Under the pieces are notes generated by a model. That model had not been told where the DNA came from and made no database searches. It saw only the letters and a list, made by a program, of their open reading frames with translations. Positions 9,160-18,681 of a stretch of 64,000 nt of DNA are shown here, in pieces (position 1 is the first letter of the stretch; every line of letters begins with the position of its first letter). The DNA is from an uncultured Dehalococcoidia bacterium. GTDB lineage: Bacteria > Chloroflexota > Dehalococcoidia > Lucifugimonadales > QGNO01. The position numbers and the translations under genes are program-made. The DNA lies in assembly GCA_964493125.1 (NCBI GenBank), contig CAZBMS010000002.1, forward strand, positions 153-64,152. Direction: 5' to 3'.

Positions 9160-11487
9160 ATGAAAATAATCTTGGCCTTCTTATTAGCATTAGGGATAAC
9201 ACTAATACCCTTAGTAACTACCGCTGATGATGCAACCAAAGACATAACTCAGCTAAAACCCGGGCAGCTTATCGCCCCTTCTGACACAGTACGCGATCTC
9301 CTGTCTGGCCGAAACTGGCTGATCGCCACTGGCCAAGACCCTGTTATGAATTTTGATTCGACAGGTAGGATTGTTTCACCTAATACTTCCATCTCAGGAT
9401 CTCCTTCTCAACAAGCAGGCGGGGGCGCGGCACTTGTTCCATACCGTGATCCATCAGCAAAGTTCAGCCGCAATATATTAATACCTAGTGACTTCTCTCA
9501 AGCACCTTTTCAAACCGAGCCAAGCATTGCAATCGACCCTAACGACCCAGAGCACATTATTGTTGGAATGATCGACTACAACTTTCCTAATATGACTACC
9601 TACTCCAGCATAGATGGGGGTGCAACATGGGAAGGTCCAGCCAGAGCAAAATATCCTAAATCAGACCTAGGATCCGCTGGGGATCCGATAGTAGCATTCA
9701 ATCAAAAAGGTACTGCTTATCTCGCCTCTATCTCTTTAGACATAGAGGAGTTTGCTATCGGACCATTGGTAGGTTCCGCGATGGTATCTTCAATATCGAT
9801 TGCCCGATCAGAAGATGGTGGTTTGTCATGGATAGAGCCTACTGTTTCATCAAGGGCTAAGTTCTCTTCTAAAGTTTTACCTAGCAGTGACGGAAAAGTT
9901 AGAGGTGAGATACAGATTGGATTTCTGGATAAACCATGGATGGCGGTGGGACCCAGTCCCGCGGATCCTTCAAAGGACATGATCTATGTAGCCTATACCA
10001 ATTTCATAGAAACGGCCTCTATCCTTTGGATGGATGAATTGCCTTTTATCGCTTCAAGCAAATTGGAAACTGTAATAGAGCTTGTCAGCTCTGCAGATGG
10101 TGGTATTACCTGGACCACCCCAATTGAGGTTAGCCCTCGGGCTGTGTTCAATATACTTTTCAACTCTATTGATGCGGGTCAACCTGGTTCCATAAATTCG
10201 CCTCCAGCTCAAGCGGAAGCAGGTCAAGCTACAAGCAATCGCCAAATTGTCCAAGGACCGGATGTGGACGTAGCTGCTGATGGAACAGTATATGTATCTT
10301 GGGTTGATTCTACTAATGACGACTCTTTTGAGGGGCTTGGCGAAATTTACGTCGCAAGATCGGACAATGGAGGAAGGTCTTTCCAGGCACCTCGTCGCGC
10401 AAGTGGCTTTCTGGAACCAAAATTCAGATCTAGAGACCATTCATTCCGTTCCTGGGCTTCAGCTTTCCCCAAGCTCGCATTAGGAAGCAATGACGATGTC
10501 TACCTCTTGTGGGTAGCTATGCCTTCAGATGACCCGAATGACGACGGAGATGTCTACTTCGTGAACTCTAATGACAAAGGTAATAGCTGGAGTAGACGAA
10601 AAATCATAAATGATGACCAAGGAAGTGCATTTCAGTTCTTCCCGGAAATCACAATAGATCCCAATGGTCACCTACACGCGATGTGGGGAGATTTCCGGGA
10701 TGACCCCAAGAACGTAAGCTACCACATCTACTATGCTACGTCAGATGACAGCGGAAAGAGCTGGGGAATAAACAGTCGTGTAACTGACTTTCCTTCAAAC
10801 CCTAACAGAGCTTTTCCTGGCGGCCGGTTCCTTGGAGATTATTTTGCTATTGCGTCGACAAAAAATGACGTTTATATAGCGTGGGCTGACGGTCGCCTAG
10901 GTGAATTCGGTGGATTAAATCAAAAAATCGGGTTCGCACGTAAAAAACTTATGCCCGCCCCATCGATATTCATATCTCCTCCATCTGGCCCTGGCGGTAA
11001 GGATGTTGTAATACAAGGCTTCAATTTCCAACCTGAGCGTAACGTATTCCTAGAAGTTGCAGGTGTAATAGTTTCTACCACTCGGACAAACCCGGATGGA
11101 AGGTTCTCAGCTCAGATATTCATGCCGATTTCTGGAGAAGGAGCTCACACTGTTCGTGCGATTGAGGAGTCTGGAAACGTCGCTTCATCTTCTTTCTTTA
11201 TGGATTTCGGATTCGATAATATTCAGAAAACAACAGAAAAAATCGACAAACTAACCGCTAGCCTAGATTTCTTGAACGGTGATAACACGAGCTCCAACAG
11301 CCTCTCCGAGGAAATAAAAAATCTCAGGGAATCTATCTCTCAGATTCAATCGGATGCCGCGCCTAGTGAAGGCAATTCACCATCCACTTTAGTCAAGTTG
11401 CTGCTCGCGGCATCACTCATTCCACTAGTTGCGGGTGGGGTAATAATAACCATACTAATTAGAAGGAACAGGGTCGCTTCAACGTAA
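9160..11487 (+). CDS. Exported BNR/Asp-box repeat beta-propeller protein (sialidase-like fold) with IPT/TIG-like domain and C-terminal membrane anchor
   Basis: Signal peptide followed by six Asp-box motifs (SIDGGATW, SEDGGLSW, SADGGITW, SDNGGRSF, SNDKGNSW, SDDSGKSW). An Ig-like segment comes next, then a hydrophobic C-terminal helix followed by RRNR. The ATG at 9160 is preferred to the TTG at 9154. Confidence 0.75.
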   Translation: MKIILAFLLALGITLIPLVTTADDATKDITQLKPGQLIAPSDTVRDLLSGRNWLIATGQDPVMNFDSTGRIVSPNTSISGSPSQQAGGGAALVPYRDPSAKFSRNILIPSDFSQAPFQTEPSIAIDPNDPEHIIVGMIDYNFPNMTTYSSIDGGATWEGPARAKYPKSDLGSAGDPIVAFNQKGTAYLASISLDIEEFAIGPLVGSAMVSSISIARSEDGGLSWIEPTVSSRAKFSSKVLPSSDGKVRGEIQIGFLDKPWMAVGPSPADPSKDMIYVAYTNFIETASILWMDELPFIASSKLETVIELVSSADGGITWTTPIEVSPRAVFNILFNSIDAGQPGSINSPPAQAEAGQATSNRQIVQGPDVDVAADGTVYVSWVDSTNDDSFEGLGEIYVARSDNGGRSFQAPRRASGFLEPKFRSRDHSFRSWASAFPKLALGSNDDVYLLWVAMPSDDPNDDGDVYFVNSNDKGNSWSRRKIINDDQGSAFQFFPEITIDPNGHLHAMWGDFRDDPKNVSYHIYYATSDDSGKSWGINSRVTDFPSNPNRAFPGGRFLGDYFAIASTKNDVYIAWADGRLGEFGGLNQKIGFARKKLMPAPSIFISPPSGPGGKDVVIQGFNFQPERNVFLEVAGVIVSTTRTNPDGRFSAQIFMPISGEGAHTVRAIEESGNVASSSFFMDFGFDNIQKTTEKIDKLTASLDFLNGDNTSSNSLSEEIKNLRESISQIQSDAAPSEGNSPSTLVKLLLAASLIPLVAGGVIITILIRRNRVAST

Positions 11488-11512
11488 GAGGCGTCTATCA
11501 AACAGAACACAT

Positions 11513-14032
11513 ATGAGTCATAGATTCAGATTCGCATTTTTACTTCTATTCCTTGCAATTGGATTAGAAGTAATTCCTGGAGTCCTTGCGCAGTCGAGTG
11601 GTGAATTCACCCCACCACACAACCAACATGGCCCTGCATCGGAGCGGATTCACTTTCAATCGTTCCATGTCGACTTAGCGAGTCAGTCTCTCAGTCAAGG
11701 TGATATGGACTTTTATCTATTCAGCTTAAAGACTGAGGCTGCCAGACAACTAAAAAATGCTGAAAACATTACTATGTATGAAGCCCCAGCTACATCGATT
11801 TCTCTCGTTTTGAATCCGGCACCGGCTCCTGATGGAGAAATTAATCCCTTTTCGATAAAAGAGGTGAGGCAGGCTCTGCAGTATGCAATCGATCGCAGAT
11901 TCATATCGAATGAAATATATAAGGGGCTGGCTAAACCAATGGTCGCACATGTAGGCCCTTTTGATTATGACTACTTAACCGTCTATTCGAAACTCAAGAC
12001 CCACGACATAAGATACGACCCAGAATTTGCCAAAGATCTCGTCCAAAAAGCTATGGTTAACTCAGGCGCAACATTGGAAAAAGATAAGTGGCAGTACAAT
12101 GGAAAGCCGATACAGGTCAAATTCATCATACGGGTTGAGGATGAACGTCGTGAAGTTGGTGATCTGATAAGGGCCGAACTAGACAAGCTCGGGTTCACAG
12201 TTGTTCCAACCTATCTAAATTTCGCTCCCGCCATCCTCTCAGTCTATGGAACAGATCCACAATTGTTCCAATGGCACCTATACACAGAGGGATGGGGCAG
12301 AGGAGCAGCCGAGCGCTTTGACTATGGGACAGCTAACAGCATGAATGCTCCTTGGTTAGGCAACATGCCAGGTTGGCAGGAAATAGGTTTTTGGCAATAC
12401 GAAAACCCAACCTTGGATGACCTAGGCAAGCAGTTGTTCCAAGGCAACTTCCAAAATATGGATGAGCGGAATGGGATCTATGAGAACATTACCACTTTAG
12501 CCTTGGAAGAGTCAGTCAGAATATGGCTAGCTACAATTGTGAACAGCCTACCAACTTCAAAAGATTTTCTAGGCGTTACCGAAGATATATCTGCAGGACC
12601 AAAATCTATTTGGACCTTACGCGAAGCTCACGTTCCTGGTAAGGACACTCTTACGGTAGGGAACCTGTGGGTTTGGACCGAACGAACAACATGGAATCCA
12701 ATTGGTGGGTTTGGAGATTTGTATAGTACCGACATATGGAACAATCTTCACGATCCTCCATTGTGGAGGGATCCCTTCACAGGGCTCCCCATCGCTTTCC
12801 GAGCATCATACGAAGTGAATACATCTGGCCCAGGAAACAAACTTGACGTACCATCCAACGCCCAGTTATGGGATGCAAAAAACGACCAATTCATATCGGT
12901 TGGCAATGGTGTGAAAGCTACCAGTAAAGTTACTTTCGATTATTCGTTATTTTTCCAATCCAAATGGCACCATGACCAACCTATAACAATGGCAGATGTT
13001 CTTTACACAGTGGGTCAGGGATTTGACCGAGTTCTAGATGAAGATAAATCGAAGGTGGAATTTGCTTTAGCAGTCACAAGTAAACCATTCTTAGACACCG
13101 TACGTGGTATCAGGGTAATTAGCCCAAACAAGTTGGAAGTTTACGTCGACTACTGGCACTTTGTAGATGATTACATAGCAGAATACGCGAACATGTCGAG
13201 TGTAAGCATGCCTTGGGAAATAATGGCAGCAATGGATAAGTTAGTTTTCGAAGATAGGAGAGCAGCTTATACTGACACTGCATCCCAAAGATTCAGCGTT
13301 CCCTGGTTAAATTTGGTAATGAGCAACGATGTCCGTCTTTTGCGACGTGCGTTGATCAAATTACGCGATAACAATAATTATCCGAAAGACACCTTTGAAA
13401 GTGCCGGTGTTTCAGTCTCCAATAAAGACGCGTTTAATCGATATCAAGCGGCGTTAGACTGGATAGACAAGTTTGACATGGCTGTAATCAGCAACGGCCC
13501 ATTCAAGCTAACTAGATATGATCCACCCTCTCAATTTGCAGAGATTGTCGCTTTTCGCGACCAAACTTATCCTTTCAAACCGGGAGATTGGTACAAGGGA
13601 TCCCCTCCACAAATTAAGTTTTCGACCGTTGATTCTTCGGACATATTGATCGGCTCGCCATCTACAATAAATATCAAGGCAGAGGGTCCTGGAGTGATCA
13701 ATGTACGATACCTTATTATGGATCCATCAAACGGTGAGATATTAGCGAATGGTATCACTAATAGAAATGACACTGAATATACGCTCACCATCCCTTCCGA
13801 GATAACTGGCAAAATGGTCAACGGTATATACCATCTATTCTTGATAGGATCAAGCGACAAGGTTTCGTCCCTCGCAGAACGTAGAGTTGACATTAAGGCA
13901 TCTTCTACAAAAACTGATCCCTCAAAAACGGGTGTGTCTTCAAAGTCTGAAAGCACAGAAACCTCAACGTCCTCTAAGAAAAGTGGAGGATTCTCATGTT
14001 CCGGGCCACGACTTATACCAGTGAAAAGTTAA
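11513..14032 (+). CDS. ABC transporter substrate-binding protein, family 5, oversized (839 aa) with C-terminal Ig-like and Ser/Thr-rich tail
   Basis: Signal peptide, family-5 SBP-like core and an extra C-terminal beta-rich segment plus an S/T/K-rich tail. It sits immediately upstream of the matching permease genes. Confidence 0.78.
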   Translation: MSHRFRFAFLLLFLAIGLEVIPGVLAQSSGEFTPPHNQHGPASERIHFQSFHVDLASQSLSQGDMDFYLFSLKTEAARQLKNAENITMYEAPATSISLVLNPAPAPDGEINPFSIKEVRQALQYAIDRRFISNEIYKGLAKPMVAHVGPFDYDYLTVYSKLKTHDIRYDPEFAKDLVQKAMVNSGATLEKDKWQYNGKPIQVKFIIRVEDERREVGDLIRAELDKLGFTVVPTYLNFAPAILSVYGTDPQLFQWHLYTEGWGRGAAERFDYGTANSMNAPWLGNMPGWQEIGFWQYENPTLDDLGKQLFQGNFQNMDERNGIYENITTLALEESVRIWLATIVNSLPTSKDFLGVTEDISAGPKSIWTLREAHVPGKDTLTVGNLWVWTERTTWNPIGGFGDLYSTDIWNNLHDPPLWRDPFTGLPIAFRASYEVNTSGPGNKLDVPSNAQLWDAKNDQFISVGNGVKATSKVTFDYSLFFQSKWHHDQPITMADVLYTVGQGFDRVLDEDKSKVEFALAVTSKPFLDTVRGIRVISPNKLEVYVDYWHFVDDYIAEYANMSSVSMPWEIMAAMDKLVFEDRRAAYTDTASQRFSVPWLNLVMSNDVRLLRRALIKLRDNNNYPKDTFESAGVSVSNKDAFNRYQAALDWIDKFDMAVISNGPFKLTRYDPPSQFAEIVAFRDQTYPFKPGDWYKGSPPQIKFSTVDSSDILIGSPSTINIKAEGPGVINVRYLIMDPSNGEILANGITNRNDTEYTLTIPSEITGKMVNGIYHLFLIGSSDKVSSLAERRVDIKASSTKTDPSKTGVSSKSESTETSTSSKKSGGFSCSGPRLIPVKS

Positions 14033-14048
14033 CTGAGCCTAGGGAATT

Positions 14049-15098
14049 ATGTCGCTAGGTATCACACTAACCGGGAGAGCCCTTTCCCTCTTCGGAGTGT
14101 TAATAGTAGTCCTATTCATGCTAGTTGTAGCTTTGGGGGCAACAGGATTTTCTGATCGCATATTGGGCGCGATAGTTAACGAGGAGATGCGAGGCATCCG
14201 TGAAGGTCTCGCTCAAACAATTCGTAACCCAGACGAATTAGAACAGGTGCTTAATACTCAACGCGAAGAACGAGAGAAACTTTATGGTCTAGACAAAAAG
14301 TGGCATCAAAGACTACCTGACATGTTATGGAGGCTCATGGTTCTAGACCTGGGAGAGGCACGTACATTGAGGAGTTTTGACGGTAGCCCGAAGGTTATAA
14401 CAATAGTACTAGAGCGACTTCCATACACCATGATCCTTATTACTACCGCCTCAATTATTACGGCTGTAGCAGGACTAGCCATAGGCGTGAAACTTGCTAC
14501 CAACGTAGGAAGTAAGATTGACCGCATAGTCTCATATATGTCTGCAGTTTCTTACGCCCTACCTGCTTGGTGGACAGGTATTTTGCTTATTCTAATTTTC
14601 GCATTTCAGCTAAGGTTGCTTCCAGCTGGAGGTCTACACAGCACCCCGCCACCTGAACACACCCTCATGAGATTAGTAGATCTGATTTACCACGCGATTC
14701 TCCCAATTATGACTCTGGTATTAGTCTCACTAGGAGCCTGGACCTACACAGTAAGAACCATGGTACTCAATACAGCGCAGGAGTTTTTCATTACCGTAGC
14801 TCGGGCGAAAGGACTGTCAGAAAGGAAAGTCACTCTCAAATACATCCTGAGGGTAGCTGCGCCCCCCTTAGTGACTAACTTAGTACTTGGACTGGCTGCA
14901 TCATTGGGCGGTTCGATACTTACTGAAACAGTATTTAATTGGCCTGGAATGGGACGCCTATACTACGACGCCATATTAGCAGCTGACGAAGCGGTAATTG
15001 TAGCTCTCACATTCATATTCGCATTGCTTTACGTTACTGCACGTTTTGTTTTGGAGGTACTATATTTAATTCTTGACCCACGGATCAGGTATAGCTAG
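14049..15098 (+). CDS. ABC transporter permease (DppB/OppB-like)
   Basis: 349 aa multi-pass protein with an EAA-like loop (TVARAKGLSERKV) typical of binding-protein-dependent permeases. Confidence 0.88.
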   Translation: MSLGITLTGRALSLFGVLIVVLFMLVVALGATGFSDRILGAIVNEEMRGIREGLAQTIRNPDELEQVLNTQREEREKLYGLDKKWHQRLPDMLWRLMVLDLGEARTLRSFDGSPKVITIVLERLPYTMILITTASIITAVAGLAIGVKLATNVGSKIDRIVSYMSAVSYALPAWWTGILLILIFAFQLRLLPAGGLHSTPPPEHTLMRLVDLIYHAILPIMTLVLVSLGAWTYTVRTMVLNTAQEFFITVARAKGLSERKVTLKYILRVAAPPLVTNLVLGLAASLGGSILTETVFNWPGMGRLYYDAILAADEAVIVALTFIFALLYVTARFVLEVLYLILDPRIRYS

Positions 15099-15100
15099 CT

Positions 15101-16525
15101 ATGGATACAAAAGATTTCTTGACCACTATGCTGAGGAGCGGATCCGGAAAAGCTGGGGTTGCGCTACTATTTATTATAGTCGTCACGTCTATCTCAGTAG
15201 TATTACTTTTCCCAATGGACTTTGGTTCCAAAAGTTGGAATAACCCAGCGGTGTGGGCCGATAATCCCAAATCAGCACCTCCTTTTTGGGCAGAGTTATT
15301 CATGGGCAATAATTCAATTGCACACACAGTATTCGAAGTGAGCCCCAGGCAAACTCAAGATAAACTCATGGAGCATTACTCATTCCCTTATGAGTACAAC
15401 AAAAACATCCCACCTACATTCACAACTCTCTCCTTCACAGATATCACATTTCATAACCGCCCTCCTTCAATAGAACTAAACGTAATACGCCCAGATGGCA
15501 GAGAAATAGTTCTCTATCAACAAGTAATAAGAGGACCTAGGCCGGATGAAATCAGCCCTTACAAAAGATTTGAAGAGACTCCTCTTCGTGTATTTCTTAC
15601 AAGTGAATCCAAAACACTAGTTTCACTATCCGATTTTTTGGAAGCAGAATTCGACCTTAAATCTAGCCCTGAAGAATTGTCTGGATTAGTTGAACAAATC
15701 ATTTTTGGCCAACCAAGTGATGAAGAAAACTTAAAGTTCGTTCCGCTTAAGGGAGTGTACGATTTTCAAATACTTTCCTATATGAATGATCCACATGATT
15801 CTTTAGGAAAGTTAAAGCTAGTGATCGGAGGCAATTCGTTTGGGTTTATGGGAACAGACTCGGCTGGTCGAGACCTAGCATTAGGGCTACTATTCGGGTT
15901 TCCAGTGGCACTCATAATCGGGTTGGCCACGTCGATTGTCGCTACAGCCATCGGGGCAACTCTAGGAATAATAAGCGGCTTTAAGGGAAACAAGACCGAC
16001 GTCATCATTCAAAGATTTTCGGACATATGGAGTAATGTCCCACTGTTACCGATACTAATATTCCTGATATTTATCCTCGGACAAAAACTATGGGTTGTGG
16101 TAGTAATAATGATACTTTTTGGCTGGCCAGGACTAACAATTGTAGTAAGAACTATGGTTTTGCAAATTAGGACCGGTCAATTAGTCGAAGCAACAAAAGC
16201 TCTAGGAGCTTCCAATACTAGGATAATGTTTAGACACATCCTGTTTCAGATAGCACCTTTCGTATTAGCTCAAATGATGTTTTTCACCCCAGCAGCAATC
16301 CTAGCGGAGGCAGGATTGAGTTTCCTAGGTTTAGGGGATCCGTCTATCCCCACTTGGGGACAAATACTTGAGAGCGGATTTCGAACGGGCGCAGTTTACC
16401 TAGGGTACTGGTGGTGGATAATGCCTCCTGGTGTGCTAATAGTTATAACAGCCATGACATTCGTTTTAATAACACTCGGCTTAGAGCCGGCAATAAACCC
16501 TAAATTAAGATTGGAAAAGCAGTAA
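15101..16525 (+). CDS. ABC transporter permease (DppC/OppC-like) with long N-terminal extracytoplasmic extension
   Basis: The C-terminal half has the OppC-type permease core (GTDSAGRDL, EATKALGASNTRIMFRHIL). About 230 residues lie between the first TM helix and the core. Confidence 0.85.
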   Translation: MDTKDFLTTMLRSGSGKAGVALLFIIVVTSISVVLLFPMDFGSKSWNNPAVWADNPKSAPPFWAELFMGNNSIAHTVFEVSPRQTQDKLMEHYSFPYEYNKNIPPTFTTLSFTDITFHNRPPSIELNVIRPDGREIVLYQQVIRGPRPDEISPYKRFEETPLRVFLTSESKTLVSLSDFLEAEFDLKSSPEELSGLVEQIIFGQPSDEENLKFVPLKGVYDFQILSYMNDPHDSLGKLKLVIGGNSFGFMGTDSAGRDLALGLLFGFPVALIIGLATSIVATAIGATLGIISGFKGNKTDVIIQRFSDIWSNVPLLPILIFLIFILGQKLWVVVVIMILFGWPGLTIVVRTMVLQIRTGQLVEATKALGASNTRIMFRHILFQIAPFVLAQMMFFTPAAILAEAGLSFLGLGDPSIPTWGQILESGFRTGAVYLGYWWWIMPPGVLIVITAMTFVLITLGLEPAINPKLRLEKQ

Positions 16526-16531
16526 ACAAAG

Positions 16532-17512
16532 TTGGCTATGGATATATCTCAACCATTATTGGATGTACGTGACCTGAGAGTTAATTATAAAACTCCTGAT
16601 GGAGTATTGAGTGCAGTAGATGCTGTGTCTTTTTCAGTAGCGCCAGGTGAAAGCTTGGGGATAGTTGGTGAATCTGGTGCCGGCAAAAGCAGTATGGCTC
16701 TCGCCCTCATGCGTGTACTACCGAATAACGCAACATTGAAAGCTTCGGCAATGGAATTAGAAGGCTTAGATATATTAAATAAACCTGAGAATACATTCCG
16801 GCAAACTGTTCGCTGGCAAAAAATATCAATGGTTTTCCAAGCCGCACTAGAATCTCTGAACCCCGTAATCAAAATAGGTGAACAAGTTACTGAGCCACTC
16901 ATTGTTCATCAGGGCACACCAAAAAATGTGGCAAAGGCTGAAGTTCTACGATTGTTCGAACTTGTTAGCCTGCCTCAAGAAACTTTCAACCGCTACCCCC
17001 ACGAGCTAAGCGGTGGATTGAAGCAACGTGTACTTATCGCCATGTCCCTCGTGCTAAGACCCAGACTACTCATTCTGGACGAGCCTACTTCAGCATTGGA
17101 CGTCACAATCCAAGCACAAATCATGGACCAGTTAAAGGATCTCAAGAAGGATTTAAATCTTGCGATTATTTTCGTTACACACGATATAGCGTTAGCAAGC
17201 GATATTTGCGACAACCTAGCAGTTATGTATGCGGGGCGTATCGTAGAAACAGGCCCTATATACTCAATTCTGAAAAAACCGCACCATCCTTATACGCAAA
17301 TGCTTCTCGCGAGCATGCCCCTGATAAAAGAAAATATGAAACCACAATTCATACCTGGTGATCCTCCAAGCATTCTGCAACCACCTAAAGGATGCCGATT
17401 TAATCCTAGGTGTTCACATGCTTTTGAGAAATGTACTGCTGTTGAACCTCTTCTAATTAACGTGCGAAAACACGGTCAAGTAAGGTGTTTGCTATATGAG
17501 ACAAAAGAATGA
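16532..17512 (+). CDS. ABC transporter ATP-binding protein (DppD/OppD-like)
   Basis: Walker A GESGAGKS, signature LSGGLKQR, Walker B LLILDEPTSALD, and a C-terminal oligopeptide-type Cys motif (KGCRFNPRC). Start is TTG at 16532 or ATG at 16538. Confidence 0.9.
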   Translation: MAMDISQPLLDVRDLRVNYKTPDGVLSAVDAVSFSVAPGESLGIVGESGAGKSSMALALMRVLPNNATLKASAMELEGLDILNKPENTFRQTVRWQKISMVFQAALESLNPVIKIGEQVTEPLIVHQGTPKNVAKAEVLRLFELVSLPQETFNRYPHELSGGLKQRVLIAMSLVLRPRLLILDEPTSALDVTIQAQIMDQLKDLKKDLNLAIIFVTHDIALASDICDNLAVMYAGRIVETGPIYSILKKPHHPYTQMLLASMPLIKENMKPQFIPGDPPSILQPPKGCRFNPRCSHAFEKCTAVEPLLINVRKHGQVRCLLYETKE

Positions 17513-18522
17513 GCATAATTGAAACGTCTGATTTGTCGGTAGAATTTAAAGCGAGGCGAGGGCTTCTTGGTTCTGTACGTGTTAGAGCTTTAGAAAATGT
17601 ATCAATAGCTGTAAGCCGTGGCGAATCTCTAGCGATTGTCGGAGAGTCAGGAAGCGGAAAAACTACTCTTGCCCGAGCATGCTTACTGCTAGTCAAACCT
17701 AACTCGGGTTCCATCCTGTTTGAAGGGGAAGAATTATCTGTTACCAACGAGGAAAATTTAAGGGGCTTCAGAAGAAAAGCTCAGGCGATTTTTCAGGACC
17801 CTTACTCGAGCCTAGATTCCTACATGACAATCGGGCAAATTGTCGAGGAGCCCCTAATAATTCACCAAACAAATGATCGGGGAGCACGGCGATTGGCCGT
17901 CGAAAAAGCACTTGAAGAAGTCAGATTAAGCCCTGGATCCGATTTCTACCCTAAGTTCCCTCATATGTTGTCTGGGGGACAAAGACAAAGAGTGGCAATT
18001 GCCAGGGCATTGGTGTTGGAACCGGATCTAATTATTGCAGATGAACCAGTTTCGATGGTAGACGCATCAAGTAAAGCAGAAATTCTGTACCTTATGAGAG
18101 AACTGCAGGAAAAACACAATACTGCTTTTATCTACATCACCCACGACATCGCGACTGCTTATCACTTTTCGGATCGAATCGCAGTGATGTATGCAGGACA
18201 TATAATAGAAACAGGACCCACTAAAGAAGTCATTTCAAGCCCCCTACACCCTTACACACGAGCTCTGGTTGAAGCAGTCCCACAGCCAGATCCGTCAAAT
18301 CGACTTCGGAAAAGAGCTGCCATTCACGGTGAGCCTCCTAGTGCAGTGACCCCTCCTACAGGTTGCAGATTTCATCCAAGATGTCCAAATGCCTTCAAAG
18401 GCTGTGATTCAAATAACCCTTCGCTAATTGAAATAAAGAATAGCCACGAAGTTGCATGCCACCTTTGGGAAAAATTTGATACAGAAGCCCATCTCCCAAG
18501 CACGACAATGAAAGGTGATTAG
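17509..18522 (+). CDS. ABC transporter ATP-binding protein (DppF/OppF-like)
   Basis: Walker A GESGSGKT, signature LSGGQRQR, Walker B LIIADEPVSMVD, and a C-terminal TGCRFHPRC motif. Overlaps the preceding gene by 4 nt. Confidence 0.9.
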   Translation: MSIIETSDLSVEFKARRGLLGSVRVRALENVSIAVSRGESLAIVGESGSGKTTLARACLLLVKPNSGSILFEGEELSVTNEENLRGFRRKAQAIFQDPYSSLDSYMTIGQIVEEPLIIHQTNDRGARRLAVEKALEEVRLSPGSDFYPKFPHMLSGGQRQRVAIARALVLEPDLIIADEPVSMVDASSKAEILYLMRELQEKHNTAFIYITHDIATAYHFSDRIAVMYAGHIIETGPTKEVISSPLHPYTRALVEAVPQPDPSNRLRKRAAIHGEPPSAVTPPTGCRFHPRCPNAFKGCDSNNPSLIEIKNSHEVACHLWEKFDTEAHLPSTTMKGD

Positions 18523-18681
18523 AGCCATCTCCTCGGCATCAGCTATTACATTATGGTAATTACCAATACCTTGATTAAATGCCGATCCATGTAACGAAGA
18601 GAGCAAAAATCTGATAGCATCTGCCCTAGTATTCAGTTCAACTCTGAGTTGCCATGGGCTGTAAACTAACTCAAGTCAATC

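Noticed and set aside
18554-18565. Perfect 12-bp palindrome TGGTAATTACCA upstream of the hydantoinase gene, as a possible operator.
   Set aside because: Under uniform composition, about 16 perfect 12-bp palindromes are expected by chance in 64 kb, and more in AT-rich DNA. It has no second copy or flanking symmetry.
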